This document shows positions 15,701 to 28,236 of a stretch of DNA of 64,000 bases, piece after piece. Source of the DNA: Podarcis pityusensis (lineage: Eukaryota); NCBI GenBank assembly GCA_964106645.2, contig OZ067038.1. One strand, given 5' to 3'. The stretch's first letter is position 1; each line of letters begins with the position of its first letter. Made by a program: the position numbers and the translations under genes. The notes beneath the pieces were generated by a model. The model was not told where the DNA came from. It saw nothing but the letters and a program-made list of their open reading frames with translations, and ran no database searches.

Positions 15701-16875
15701 TGACCATACCAAAAGACCTGCATGCTCCCCAGGAGGACTTCACTGAATGGCAGCATCACCTCACTAGTTTGCCATGCGGTGCAGGGAACTGCTGTACAAA
15801 AACAAAGTAAGTCCTGTTCACACAATGACTTCCGCTAGTGCAACAGAACTTCCCCTCCATTTCCTTCTCCTGCATGTCTCCCCATCTTTTCTGGACACTT
15901 CCCCAACCCTCTGAAACAGGGAGAGGAAAAGGAAGGTAAGTACATTGCACCAGTGGAGGTCCTTCCACAAACAAGACAACTTCACTGGCTACAACCAGTT
16001 AGTCTACATCTCTTATCTGGGAGGCTAACAGGGCAGTGACATCCTAAACAAATTTTGCACACATTTAATGCCTATAGCACACCCCACATATACTGTAAAA
16101 CTCATTAATAATTGCTAATGCTAACAAAGCCTGTAACTGACTATGGAACCTCATGAGCATCGGGTTTCCCCCTTTCTCATCTACGAGAAGGCAAAGTTCT
16201 CCATTGTTCACATAGAATTTTCTCAGAAAAGAGACGGGAAAGATTTTGCAGTTGCAGACTTCTGCATCATGGCAAAGTAACAACTAGCTGCCAATCTATA
16301 TACTACACTCCCCACAGCACGGTCACTCAGACAGCCTCTACACTGCAAGTGTTCTGCACCTGCAGGTCTAGAACAGCTTATAATGTGCATATCTAACACT
16401 GCTTGGAGATCTTGATGAGTCTTCACTGCTGCTGGGTATTCCTAGTGGCAGCTGGGGGATGGAATGCAGGCTGTCCTCAAAATGAATAGGCGGTTTGCAG
16501 CAAAGTCCATGAAGCAAGTGTAATATATAGACCAGCAGTAAGACAAGTCCGCTCACCCTTTGGGTGTGGCGGTGTTGTGGCTGGGTCCTGATGCGCCGCG
16601 CCACACTCTGGAGAAAGCCCTGTTTGTTTGAGGCTTCCCAGCTGGCGAGGCAGCCAGGCCTAGTCTCACTGGCTGGACCTTGGTTTCAGGCCTGCCCAAA
16701 TTCAGCCAATCAATGGCAGGCCTGTGAGGTGGACACCTCCCTGTGGGTGGGCCTGTGGAAACATCGGATTCCCCCAGGTCCGCTCCTGGGGAATAAAAGG
16801 CAGCCTGTCTCGGCCTCCTACTTGCAGTTCTAATGGCTTACACCATTGTTACAAAATACTTCAAATGAGTTGATA

Positions 16876-17174
16876 CAGTGGTGCCCCGCAAGACGAATGC
16901 CTCGCAAGACGAAAAACTCGCTAGACAAAAGAGTTTTCCGTTTTTTGAGTCGTTCCGCAAGACGAATTTCCCTATGGGCTTGCTTCACAAGACGAAACGT
17001 CTTGCGAGTTCTTGCGAGTTCATTTCCTTTTTCTTAAAGCCGCTAAGCCGTTAATAGCCGCTAAGCCGCTAATAGCCGCTAAACCACCAATAGCCGTGCT
17101 TTGCAAGACGGAAAAAAACCGCAAGACGAAGAGACTCGCGGAACGGATTAATTTCGTCTTGCGAGGCACCACTG
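16876..17174. mobile_element. Tc1/mariner MITE, subfamily B (gcaagacg repeats)
   Basis: TA|cagtggtgcc...ggcaccactg|TA; internal ~18-bp tandem repeat gccgctaagccgttaata x3. Confidence 0.9.
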
Positions 17175-17331
17175 TATCATTCTTGCATATCTTCTGTATA
17201 AAAGGAGTGCACTATAGCAGAATGCCGCGGTAAATATGACAATGCACTGAATTATGTGTGAATTCATTTTGAATTCACTCAGTATGAACAGCGTGTTGGC
17301 TGTTGCAAAGCACACACTGTTGAGCACACAT

Positions 17332-17334
<3 letters not shown>

Positions 17335-17366
<32 letters not shown>
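17335..17366. repeat. (CA)16 microsatellite
   Basis: Direct reading. Confidence 0.95.
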
Positions 17367-17367
<1 letters not shown>

Positions 17368-18335
17368 TTTCAAGTAAAAAACCACCAGCATCTCATGAAC
17401 TCTCTCTCCAGTTGTGCCAGCCTTTTGTCCAAGACTCAATAAAATATACTTGAAAGTTTTAGCAAAACTGAGGGCACCAGCTGAATTACTACACAAAGCT
17501 AACAACTGATAGCAAATCCTTTTTTGCTTTTTTTGTTGTTGAAAACGTTAATTAAAAAAGAATATAGATGTAAAATTATACACTCTATTCATATTTGCAT
17601 TGTTTATTTTTACATATTTCAGTTTCCATGGGTGATCCAGTCCCATCTCAGGTGCAGCACCCATGTGCAGAAAAAAGGGCTCAAAAGACCAGTTTCTCTT
17701 CACTCCCTCTTCTTGTCTTTGCACAAGCTATTATAGGGAATTAAAGGTTTTGTGCATACCTCCTGCTCTCCTTCTCTGCATGACACAAGTTACTCAAGCT
17801 CAGAGCATGAGTAACTCATGTTTAGGCAAAAAGAGTGAAAGGTGCTCCAGATCTCACATTCCACTTAATGGCCAGTCATGCTTTAGCTCTTAAGGAGGGA
17901 AGTAGGGAGTAGGAATAGGGGCTCTATTGACCTCTATGATAACCCTCTGTAGTTCACAAATGCTTCATCTGCAGTGGGATAGAAACCAGATCACATTCAA
18001 AATATTTCAGTGCCCACACTCTAAGTGAAAGAGAAAAATATATATTTGAGATAGTAACTGGACAATGTTTGCTTCGACTAAGCTACGTAATAAAAGGACA
18101 GTGACATACAACTATTTGCAATGTTTTGTACCTGCCTTTTGCTGTTTGCACGGGATTCCAGAACCTTGAAATTTTGAATATTTCAGTAAAATTTTATCTG
18201 ACTGATAATCTGTAGTAACAAATGTATTAGAAACCCTGAAAAAATAGGAAAAGATTTCATTATTCCTACCTAAATGCTATGTGCTTCCGAAAATCTTCCT
18301 TTTTTTAAAAAAGAAGCTAAAAACACCCACCTGCC

Positions 18336-18341
18336 TTTATT
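18336..18341 (-). terminator. Candidate poly(A) signal of PLEKHA7 long isoforms (a second candidate at 17603-17608)
   Basis: AATAAA on - followed by a GT/T-rich tract. Confidence 0.55.
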
Positions 18342-18733
18342 GCATGCATCCAAACTTTTAAATGAATGCAGCCCTTGAAAAAACCCAACCAACCACAAAT
18401 CATATATATCTATATATATAGTTTCTAAAAATACATTGGCTCACAATCCGGCACTTTAAAGCATTAGGACCTATTAACGTCAACAGGAATTGAATGCAGT
18501 TGATTGTGCAGGGTTGTAACCAATGCCAATATACAATGTCAATATATAATATAGTATATTAAAAGTGCTGTTTATATAAACAATTGTTCTTTTTGTACAA
18601 AACTTTTTCTGTGCAGTTATTATTTGTAATGTGTGTTCAAATAAAAAATAAACAGGAGAGAAAGCTAATGTAGGGAAGTCTTCCTCCTCGCTGCTCTCTT
18701 CTTCAGGTGGTTGTTACAGGTTTGTATCAGGGA

Positions 18734-18756
18734 TCAGCGTTCATTTACTGCTTTGG
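18734..18756 (-). CDS. PLEKHA7: PLEKHA7 last exon: coding (A)KAVNER* when the 21083-21185 exon is skipped, otherwise 3'UTR
   Basis: ttgtttctcttcaaactag| acceptor in phase 1, followed by AU-rich UTR-like sequence and AATAAA. Confidence 0.75.
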
Positions 18757-18940
18757 CTAGTTTGAAGAGAAACAATGAAGTTAGATACTATTCCAACAGA
18801 TTTAGCACACACATCCACAAAAGGATGAATTCATCAATATCCTTTAACGGCACGCTAATAGATGTTTCATGAACACTAGGTGCTTCAGAAAGTTTGTAAA
18901 TGTAGCCAAATAAGCATACTGCTTACAATATACCTTGATA

Positions 18941-19278
18941 CAGTGGTACCTCGCAAGACGAATGCCTCACAAGACAAAAAACTTGCTAGACGAAAGGGTT
19001 TTTTGTTTTTTGAGCTGCTTCGCAAGGCGATTTTCCCTATGGGCTTGCTTCGCAAGACGGAAACGTCTTGCAAGTTTGTTTCCTTTTTCTTAACACCGTT
19101 AATACAGTTGCGACTTGACTTCGAGGAGCAACTCATAGAACGCGGTGTGGTAGCCTTTTTTGAGGTTTTTAAAGACTTTGGTGATTTTTGAAGCTTTTCC
19201 AAAACTTTCCCGACACCGTGCTTCGCAAGACGAAAAAAATCGCGGAACGAATTAATTTCATCTTGCGAGGCACCACTG
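18941..19278. mobile_element. Tc1/mariner MITE, subfamily B
   Basis: TA|cagtggtacctcgcaagacg...tcttgcgaggcaccactg|TA; arms shared with 16876-17174. Confidence 0.9.
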
Positions 19279-20335
19279 TACTACGTAGGCAATGGAGAAT
19301 GCAATCAATACTTTCCCTGTTCAAACTAATTGTTTTGCTTCACCTCTAAACTGAAGTTTCTTAGTCTTTGAAGAAGGAAAGAGGATATTATCAGTGAAGC
19401 TGAAGGCTTGTTTTGGGTACTTTCACTCATTGAGATATGTCTATATTATGTGAAGAACACTGCCCATAAAACCTTTAAAACCATTTTGATTAAATATGGT
19501 GGGTTTTGGTGATCAGGATTAAGAGTATACTAAAGGGGGGGGGGAATGCCCATCTCGTTCCCATGGCATCTTGAGGAATTCCTGAATAATGTCACAGTGA
19601 TTTATTTGTTCTTTTTAATATCCTCCCCTCCCTCCCAAATTGGAGCACCGAGCAACCAATGTCATAAAACAATATATTAATCACAAAAGCATTTAAACAT
19701 CATCAACAATGAAAAATACCCTCCTCAGGCCTGGACAAATAGGTCAGTTATGATTGCCCTCCTAAAGTAAGGTCTATCTCATTTTGACAAACCATTTTAA
19801 AAGAAGAAATTGAGAAGTTTAAGTCTGGGGCAGTGATCTGTGACAGTGTAAACAGTGACTTCTGGGCCCTTGTTAATATTTTCTTCAGATGATTTCCTAA
19901 GATTTAACAGTAAAGAGCTCCAAAATTATAAATGGTGCTCATAACACAAAGTTCTTTTGAAATCTTATACTTTCCGTACTGATACTTCTCAGAGTGAGAT
20001 ATTAAGTCAGATCCTGCCAAAGAAGGAACCCTTAAAATTATAAATTGTGAAATTGTAGGTGGAATTAAAGAGGAGTTATATGTCAAACTGCACCATGGTA
20101 GAGAAATGGGAATACAGAGGGAAATAAAGTTTCCTTTTGTAGAATAATTACAATTGCTATAATTGTAGCAAAAATAGATCCCTCAATTCATGGCAAAGAT
20201 TTCTCATATGGAAAATTATGGAATCAGTGGGTTAGGAAAATGACAGATATCATTTAACATAGAACTATTTCCCCTCCAGCTATTCTGTTACTTTGTATTT
20301 GATGGAGGCTTTTTCCTAGACCCAGCCCACCAGTA

Positions 20336-20682
20336 AAGGTAAAGGGACCCCCAATCATTAAGGTCCAGTCGCGGACGACTCTGGGGTTGTGGCACTCATC
20401 TCGCTTTACTGGCCAAAGGAGCTGGTGTATCCGGGTAATGTGGCCAGCATGACTAAGCCGCTTCTGGCGAACCACAGCAGTGCACGGAAACGCAGTTTAA
20501 CTTCCCGCTGGAGCGGTACCTATTCATCTACTTGCACTTTGATGTGCTTTCGAACTGCTAGGTTGGCAGGAACTGGGACCGAGCAACAGGAGCTCAACCC
20601 ATCACGGGGATTCGAACCACCAACCTTCTGGATCGGCAAGCCCTAAGCTCTGTGGTTTAGACCACAGCGCCACCCGCGTCCC
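20336..20682 (-). mobile_element. Full-length Sauria SINE
   Basis: tRNA-like head gggacgcgggtggcgctgtggtc with B-box ggttcgaatcc on -; (ACCTTT)n tail; TSD accagta on both sides. Confidence 0.9.
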
Positions 20683-21093
20683 ACCAGTAGTATGTTTCAA
20701 ATGGTTCTAATTTTCCATTTAATACAGGAAGGGATTATTTGTGCCATTTAGCACATGTGCTGCATTAGATACCTTATTAAAGGTGTAATCTTTAGTAGGT
20801 TGCTGATGAAATGCCACATCTAAACATTTCTCTTTAAATTTTACATCATAGTGATGAGGCAATCAAAATCCCAAACTCACAGCAATTACTGAACATTTCT
20901 ATGAGCTCATATATATTTCATAAGGTAATTTTTAATAGCAGGAGGCAGGAATCTTTTAGATCACTAAAGTCTGCATGCATTAATTAGGGTTACGTTTACA
21001 CTTAAAGATCAAGTTAGCTACCAACAATGTTAAAACATACAATTAATGACAAAATAAGCAGCCAAGAGCAGTTAGTTCTTACTTTCAAGATGC

Positions 21094-21185
21094 TTAGACA
21101 AATGTGTAGTGAAATCCATTGCTTAAGGGGGGTGGCTGAGGTACAGAAGGTGAGGGTGCTTTAGATGGATAGGTCAATTGCGGAG
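21094..21185 (-). CDS. PLEKHA7: PLEKHA7 stop-containing penultimate exon: (A)PQLTYPSKAPSPSVPQPPPLSNGFHYTFV*; exon continues to a donor after 21083
   Basis: cccttctag| acceptor in phase 1; TAA at 21094-21096; |gtaaga donor 11 nt after the stop; HYTFV end recalled from long PLEKHA7 isoforms. Confidence 0.88.
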
Positions 21186-21314
21186 CTAGAAGGGATCATA
21201 CAAAGGAATTAGGCACCATGATTTTACACTCACACACAAGAGACACGTGGGCTGGAATACAAGACAGCAGGGTCAGCAGCCAGTGCAGCTAGGTCTTTTT
21301 AGTACTGTACATAT

Positions 21315-21316
<2 letters not shown>

Positions 21317-21362
<46 letters not shown>

Positions 21363-22180
21363 TTTATTGTTTAGACTCCGCCCATTTGGTTGGGTTTCCC
21401 CACCACTCTGAGCGACTTTCAGCATATCTAAAAACAAAAAACATCAAGCGTAAAAAACTTCTCAATACAAGGCTGCCTTCAAATATCTTCTAAAAGTTGT
21501 GTAATTCTTTATCTCTTTGACATCTGGAGGGAGGGCATTCCACAGGGAGGGCGCCACTCTTGAGAAGGCCCTCTGCCTGGTTCCCTGTTGTTTTTCTTCT
21601 CACAGTGAGGGAACCAGCAGAAGACCCTCGGAGGAGGACCTCAGTGTTTGGGCTGAACGATGGGGGTGGAGATGCTCCTTCAGGTATATTGGGCCGAGGC
21701 CGTTTAGGGCTGTAAAGGTCAGCACCAACACTTTGAATTGTGCTCAGAAACGTACTGGGAGCCAGTGAAGATCCTTTAGGACCAGTGTTATATGGTCCCA
21801 GTGGCCGCTCCCAGTCACCAGTCCAGCTGCTGCATTCTGATTTGGTGTCTAACCCATGGTCGGTCTGACTCGGAATGAGTTTTCGGCCACCGGCACTCCA
21901 GCCATCTCAGCAACTGTTTCATTGCCCTCAACTCCAGGGAAAACCATGGGGCTGTCCGGGCTCCATGCAATCGGACAGGGCGCTTCAGAGCCAGACACTC
22001 AATAGCCCTGGTTAACTCCGCATTCCAGTGGGCCACCAGGGAATCAGCTGAAAGGCCATCAACTTGGGATAAAACACCCCCTATTACTCTCTGGAAACCA
22101 TTTGGATTCATTAAGTGGCATGGGCGGACCATCCGAATCGGTCCCACTACCCAGCAGGGGGGAAAGGTCACAGAGAAGTA
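21317..22180 (-). mobile_element. 5'-truncated, internally deleted L2/CR1-clade LINE with (TAT)n tail
   Basis: (AAT)n at 21317-21362; ORF2-like remnant (APWFS.ELRAMK); 3' end homologous to 32924-33070. Confidence 0.75.
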
Positions 22181-22936
22181 AACAAATTCTGTGCCTAGGT
22201 ATGCCAAATTCTGCAACAAAAAAGCCAGTTCCTGCAATGTTAAAAATGGCTGAAAATTCTCCCAACTTGCTTGTTTAAGCTTTCTGCCTGCACAAAAAGA
22301 GGATGGGGAACTCCACTTCCTGACCTGTAGAAATATTGCTCACTACTAACCCCCCTTAAAAAATGTTTTTTTCTCTCCACCCCAGCACTGTGCTAGAGAG
22401 GGAGGAACCTTTCTTCTCTTGGCACTGGAGTAGGGAGGAACTGTTTTCTGAGCTCTAAATCCTTGCAGTGACACTATGCCAAATGAGGCAGCAGTGTTTC
22501 TGCATGGTAAGTGAAGGAAGATGTGCTCAATTTGGCATGGGGAGAGAGGGGGTGGCACCAGAAGCAGATTTGTGGGTTGGGTACAGTGGGTTGGGTGCAG
22601 CCTGCAGTTTTGCAACCCCTGCCCTAGTGATCAAAGTCTCAACCTGAATATCTACAGAATTACTGTTTTGCGCCTCGACTTTTCATGGCTGATGTAAAGC
22701 AGGCAGTAGGACTTTGCAATCATGCAAGGTTTTTTAAAAACAAAAAACACCTCATCAGTCAATATTTACAGGAATTACCAAAAAAATTATGGATATTATA
22801 TTTTGGTGATTTTATTGTGTTGTGATTCAAAATTGTTACTTTTCCTGAGTATGGGATAGAAACTGAAATCAGTAAATAAAACATAAAGCCACCTGGGAAG
22901 GCTGCAGGCCCTGCTAGACAAACTGAGAAGAATGTG

Positions 22937-22965
22937 CTATATTAGTAATGTACTGAAGCACTGAG
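22937..22965 (-). CDS. PLEKHA7: Candidate alternative terminal exon of PLEKHA7: (A)QCFSTLLI*
   Basis: Strong acceptor gctaattacgttttccttgtag| in the correct phase (1); no homology support. Confidence 0.35.
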
Positions 22966-23976
22966 CTACAAGGAAAACGTAATTAGCGATAACATCTTCA
23001 TCAGCTGTTTCTGGCTCATGCTGTTTGTCTAATGTACATTGTGCAAATATTAAATTTTTTGGTTTTACTACACTAGGTTCTACGAAAATTAAAACCACTA
23101 AAATATCAATAATAATTTGAAAAATCAAATGCATTCACCAATTTTGAATCTTGGAACAGTACTACAAGTTAGTCCAGATTCACTACTTCATTTTTATGCC
23201 TTTTCTACTTGAGCATTCTACATACATGGGCAGAGAAACAGATGAGAAGATGGAGTGCAAGATATAACAGTTAAACATAGGCTTGCAGGGAATGGGAAAC
23301 AAAAATGGAATTTTACCCCTTGAGTAACGAATCATTCAGCACAGTCTGATCCATTTCGAAGCCGTATTGTGCAGGCAAGTACAGAGAGAACCTGCCAGCA
23401 CAGCTGTACACACAGGGGCTGCTTTGACATCATGCTGAATAATGCAATTTAATTTCCAGTCATCAAACTTCTATCCAGCTTTTTGCAATAAGTTTCCAGG
23501 CTGTTTAAAAAAATAGTGTCCCTAACAACTTGATACAGTATTTGCCATTTCAGTTCTAATTCAGAGTAGGAAAAATTTCGTGTATTAAGACAACAATGTC
23601 ATGCTACTGCTTTAGAAGATATGGAACCATGGTAGAGCGATTCCCAGTAAATATAAATCTATATGGTGTGTAATTGCACCCCCCCCCTCATGACATTGCT
23701 TCTGATTGCTTCAAGGTAACACTGTGCTCAACACTGATAGCAACCCATTTATGTTGTGCAGGTGAGTCCATGGTGTAAATCTAGTGTCTCACAACTACAC
23801 TGGAGTGCATTCAAAGAGCACTTGCCTGGGTATACCCCAAAGGGTAGATATGGCCTTGCTGTTGTTCCTAGTATGTACTGCAGTCCAGAAGGAACACAAA
23901 ACCTTAGAAGTTTGCAGCCATAGGATTAAAAGAACATATTGTCAAAGCCATTGCTTTATAAATAACTGAGCAATAC

Positions 23977-24116
23977 CTGCCACCTCCTTGCTCCGCTGAG
24001 AGGCTTCAGAAGCCAGTGCGTATGATATGGTAATGATGCGTTCTTGCTCTTGCAACTGTGAATCTAAATTAGCAGAGTTGTGTTTGTCCTGAGCTGAAGG
24101 CTGGAGGTTGTGCATA
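23977..24116 (-). CDS. PLEKHA7: PLEKHA7 long-isoform exon: MHNLQPSAQDKHNSANLDSQLQEQERIITISYALASEASQRSKEVA
   Basis: 140 nt; ccctag| and |gtattg; QEQERII.ISY.LA.EAS motif. Confidence 0.94.
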
Positions 24117-24515
24117 CTAGGGCAAAATACAAAAACACCGCATTAACTTTAAGGCATATGCTACACATGTACGCAGACATTTTGGTATACTGCTTGATTG
24201 TAGAAAAATAGAAAAGGGTCACATGCACAAACACACTCATTTCCAGAATGGCAAAGTCCTCAGGATCATGATGCAATTATGAAACTCTTGAAGCTGGGCA
24301 TCCAACAGTAGACTGTAGTCTTTGGATCATGTTTGAATGTTTCATTTGATTTCAGTTGATAAAAGGACTTGTTAGCACAAGTAGAGAAACATGTACTATT
24401 GTTATTTCGACTGAATAACCAACATCTGGTTATTAGCAACTGTGGAGCAGAAATGAGCTGAAACGTTATACTTAGTTGCTGAATAGTCTCCAAATTCCAG
24501 TGGAAAAGCACAGTA

Positions 24516-24693
24516 CAGTCGTATCTCGTATGTTGAATGGAATCTGTTCAACTTCCTAAATGTTCGGAAACCAAGGAGCGGCTTCCGACAATCATAAGCT
24601 GCAGAACCCACGTCAGACGTTCGGGTTCCAAAGAACATTCGAAAACCAGAACACTCAGCGTTCGGGAGCCAAAACATTTGACTTGCAAGGCTG
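24516..24693. mobile_element. Degenerate Tc1/mariner MITE
   Basis: TA|cagtcgtatctc start; CpG-rich ttcg/cgaa motifs; right TIR eroded. Confidence 0.55.
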
Positions 24694-26831
24694 TATATCA
24701 ACTAGCCCTGTGCTGCCAGGACAGCCAAGGCATGGGGCTCTGTGGTGCTACAAATAAATAAATAAATGTACAGATATATTTTCAAAGACCTGAAACAGAA
24801 AGTTCTTCTGCTCAGCAGAAAGTAGAGCTGGAGAATTGCTTCCTCTAGAGGAGGAGAATAGAGCTGCTGTTCTTTTTTATTTTGTTTTGCCTGAAAAATT
24901 GAGTCGCAGTGTAGTAATTAATATTTGCTGTCCCATTCCAACCCTGCACCTCATGTACTACAATGAAGTTTCAACTGTGTTCTCTAGCTTCCACCAAGTG
25001 AGAGACATTAGCTTCCTACGAAAAAAAACCAGTCCGTGGGAGCCACTACCTCTGACTACACTTAAATTTTAAACACAGGAGACGCTCCAGGGAACCCTTT
25101 CAGGTTACTATTCACAGTTCTTGCATTGTTCTCTTGGCATCTTTGGGCTCTGGATGCTACTGGAGGCCATTTTATGGCTGTTGTGAGATGCTTCAGAACG
25201 TCATGGGGCAATGGGGCATTGCCAAGCAATTCTTATTGTCAAAGCAAGGCAAGGCTCTATTATAGAATCAGCCTACTTGAGGTTAGTGGCATTGTTCCTA
25301 GGAAATTCAAGACCATGAACACTAGCCTCCTATATTCTAGGGAAAGGTTATCACTCAGGTAGGAGATCTCAACCTCAGACGTATCCTGTCTAGGATGTTC
25401 ATTCTGTTGAGACTTTAATCTTCCTCTTTAGCAACAGCAGTCTAATCTTTTATTCTGCTGAATTATACCATCAAACTGTTGGCTCAATTCACCTAAATAC
25501 CTGTCTAAGTCAGCTTCTACCAATTGCCTTCTTGTCTAAGCTCTATGTGGGCTGACATAAATTCTTTCTTTAATATTATCTCTTGTCAACTTGGAGAAGA
25601 GGCTGCAGTGGTAATCTGGGCAAGATAGTGAACTGAATGTATTATATGTATTTGTAAATAAATAAAGCTGAGAACCCGACTACTTAAACATGTTATATGA
25701 GTTTTAATGGCTTGATCCTAGGAGCTGCTGTTCTGAACCAGTGATCCCATCATATCTGAAGCAATGGAAATCCTCCCCTGTAGTGGCGCTGGACACAGTT
25801 TTAGCCTCCACTCCCAGGGTTCCAACAGCTCTTGATGCTTCTGTACCTCCATGTGGCAGAAGAGGCTATGCTATGCCACGTTCAGTGGTGGGAAAGCGAA
25901 GCAGCTGAGCCACATGTCTTTGCTCACTAGCAAGGGCAGAACACACTGATTTAAGCTGCAGCAGCACTTGCCACTTCTTGTGTCAATGAAAGCAGGGCTG
26001 GGCTGGGCTGTGTGTTCAGCCTGTAAATAAGAGTATACAGAGAGGAAAAGATAATAAAGAATAATAAAGCCCTGCCCTGCTTTTCTCCACCTTCTCTCCT
26101 CCAGGGATGGGCCTGACAGGCTCCATAAAGGACTGCTGCTGCTGCTGGGCAGAAAGGGCTCCATTTTTGTTTTTGAAATTGCTTTTATTTTTTATCTATG
26201 CCATTTTAAATTGTGATTGATATTAATACTGCATTCTTAGTGTTAGATTTTATGATTTATGTGGAAATTGTTTCCCATTTGGTTGAATATTTTTTGATGT
26301 GTTTTATTTATTGCTTATGACTTTTGTTATGCTGGTAATTATGTAAATCTTGTCATGCTGTAAGCCGCCTTGAGCATTGCTTTAACTATGGAAAGGCTCA
26401 GCATAAATAAAATGATGATGATGATGATGATTCACCATATTCATTATATGCAGTAGTGCTGTGGGTGGTGTTGCTGCATTGCTGTTCCAACTGTGGTGGT
26501 GGTGCTGCCTGCCAGAACTGGAGTGGTGGGGAGGGCAGGAGAGCACCATCTTGGTAGCAGCAGTGGGGAGAGGGCATCTGAACTTGCTGCCAACCTCGTA
26601 TCCCACACTCTAGCTCTGCCTGGCAAGCAGCACTACTCCCCACCTCACATACCGCAATTGACTCAATGCAAAAAGTACAATTACAGTAGTATTAATTGTA
26701 GTATTAATATATTTCTATAAGTTTCTGTACTATGATCAAATGCATATAACTCTACCAAGACTGCAGCAGTAGGTCCCCCCCATTTCTAATGTTAAAAATG
26801 AATGGGAGTAATATGTTTATAAGAATCTGAC

Positions 26832-26965
26832 CTTGACCTTGTAAGAATATTCTTTATTTTTTCTGCGTTACGGTGCCTTGCTGCTAATTCTTCTGGAGTA
26901 AGGGGTTCTTCAGGTTCCAGCTCAACGTATCGCTCTGGAATTGCAACCTTTTCAGGTTTTGACAA
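26832..26965 (-). CDS. PLEKHA7: PLEKHA7 long-isoform exon: LSKPEKVAIPERYVELEPEEPL...EKIKNILTRS(S)
   Basis: 134 nt; caccag| and |gtcaga; KV.IPERY motif shared with PLEKHA5/6. Confidence 0.94.
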
Positions 26966-28100
26966 CTGGTGGTGGCAGGGAGAGAGAATCATAAGTGATT
27001 AATGTAGCTCATACAGAATATTACATTCAACTGAAACAAAACTGTTCAAATCAACCAAAGGAAAAAAGCAGGGCAAAACAAGAATTTTAACACTTCCTTA
27101 TGAAAATCGTAACATAATATACTTGTGGGCCAATTTTTTTCTGAAAACAATGTTTTGATAAAAACAGTAATTCCAATGTTGAATTGCTAACACAAACGAC
27201 AACAAAGTTTAGCTGTATGTTAGAAAAACGGAATTAAATATGATGGAATCAAATATGATGGAATTTCTCCCATATGCACCTAATCCTGTTCTTGAGTTCA
27301 TAACTGGAAATCCTTCTGCATCTAATGAAATGAGGTAGGTGCAATGAGGGAGAAAGCCCGTATTATAGTCTTTTGTTGAAAAACTTTTTACTTTCCCAAG
27401 AATTTTAATTTAAAACAATATTTTTTATTGATTTTAATTTCTTGCACCACATTCTTTTCTCCCTAGTGTTTTTACGTTCGTTTTTTTATTTTTATGTTGC
27501 TACATTTATGCTGGATTTACATGCCCTGTGTAATTTGCAGTGTGTGTATATGTTTGTGTGCTTGTGTGTGACACTGACAAACACACACACACACAGCATC
27601 ATGTATTTTCAAAGCTGTAAATCACACAGAAAATTAAGGTATACATATATAAGAAAATAAAAATAACAGAATTCTTAAAGTCATTTAATGATTTTATTGC
27701 TTTTAAACTGATCTTGCATTCAGTAGATTTTCCTCCCTGTTCCTTCATATTTCAGTGACAGCATAATATACTTCATTTGGGCCACCAGATGGCTCTACAG
27801 CTTTTCAAATATATGCATAAAAAACGTTAATACCCTCTTGTTTTTCCAATAGCCATGGGGATTATGTGTTACCTTTTGGGGACAATGGAATCTTAATCTC
27901 TGATACCATTTTCTCATAGATCACCATTTCATAGACATTGTGGTTGATAGGTAATGAGAAAGCATAGGAATTCTATTTGACTTTATTTTAAGACGAGTGA
28001 TTCAATAATTTTGTAATGTTAATTCAATCTGTTTATGGGATGCATGACCTTCATTGGCCTGGTTTGCACATCACATTAGTTGATTAAATATGGTCTAATG

Positions 28101-28236
28101 CAGGCTTCCTCATCCTCGGCCCTCCAGATGTTTTGAGACTACAATTCCCATCATCCCTGACCACTAGTCCTGCTAGCTAGGGATCATGGGAGTTGTAGGC
28201 CAAAAACACCTGGAGGGCCGAGGTTGAGGAAGCCTG
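28101..28236. mobile_element. Palindromic hAT-type MITE
   Basis: caggcttcctca...tgaggaagcctg fold-back; perfect 8-bp TSD gtctaatg. Confidence 0.9.

Noticed and set aside
17030-17096. Regular short repeats resembling an array (AAKPLI x3)
   Set aside because: Tandem repeat inside a MITE with no unique spacers; not CRISPR
20600-20682. tRNA-like A/B boxes
   Set aside because: Head of the Sauria SINE, not a tRNA gene
21230-21288. Phase-1 reading AALAADPAVLYSSPRVSCV* ending in an S-x-V motif
   Set aside because: Acceptor (taaaaagacctag) has no pyrimidine tract and overlaps the branch region of the real exon at 21185; probably chance
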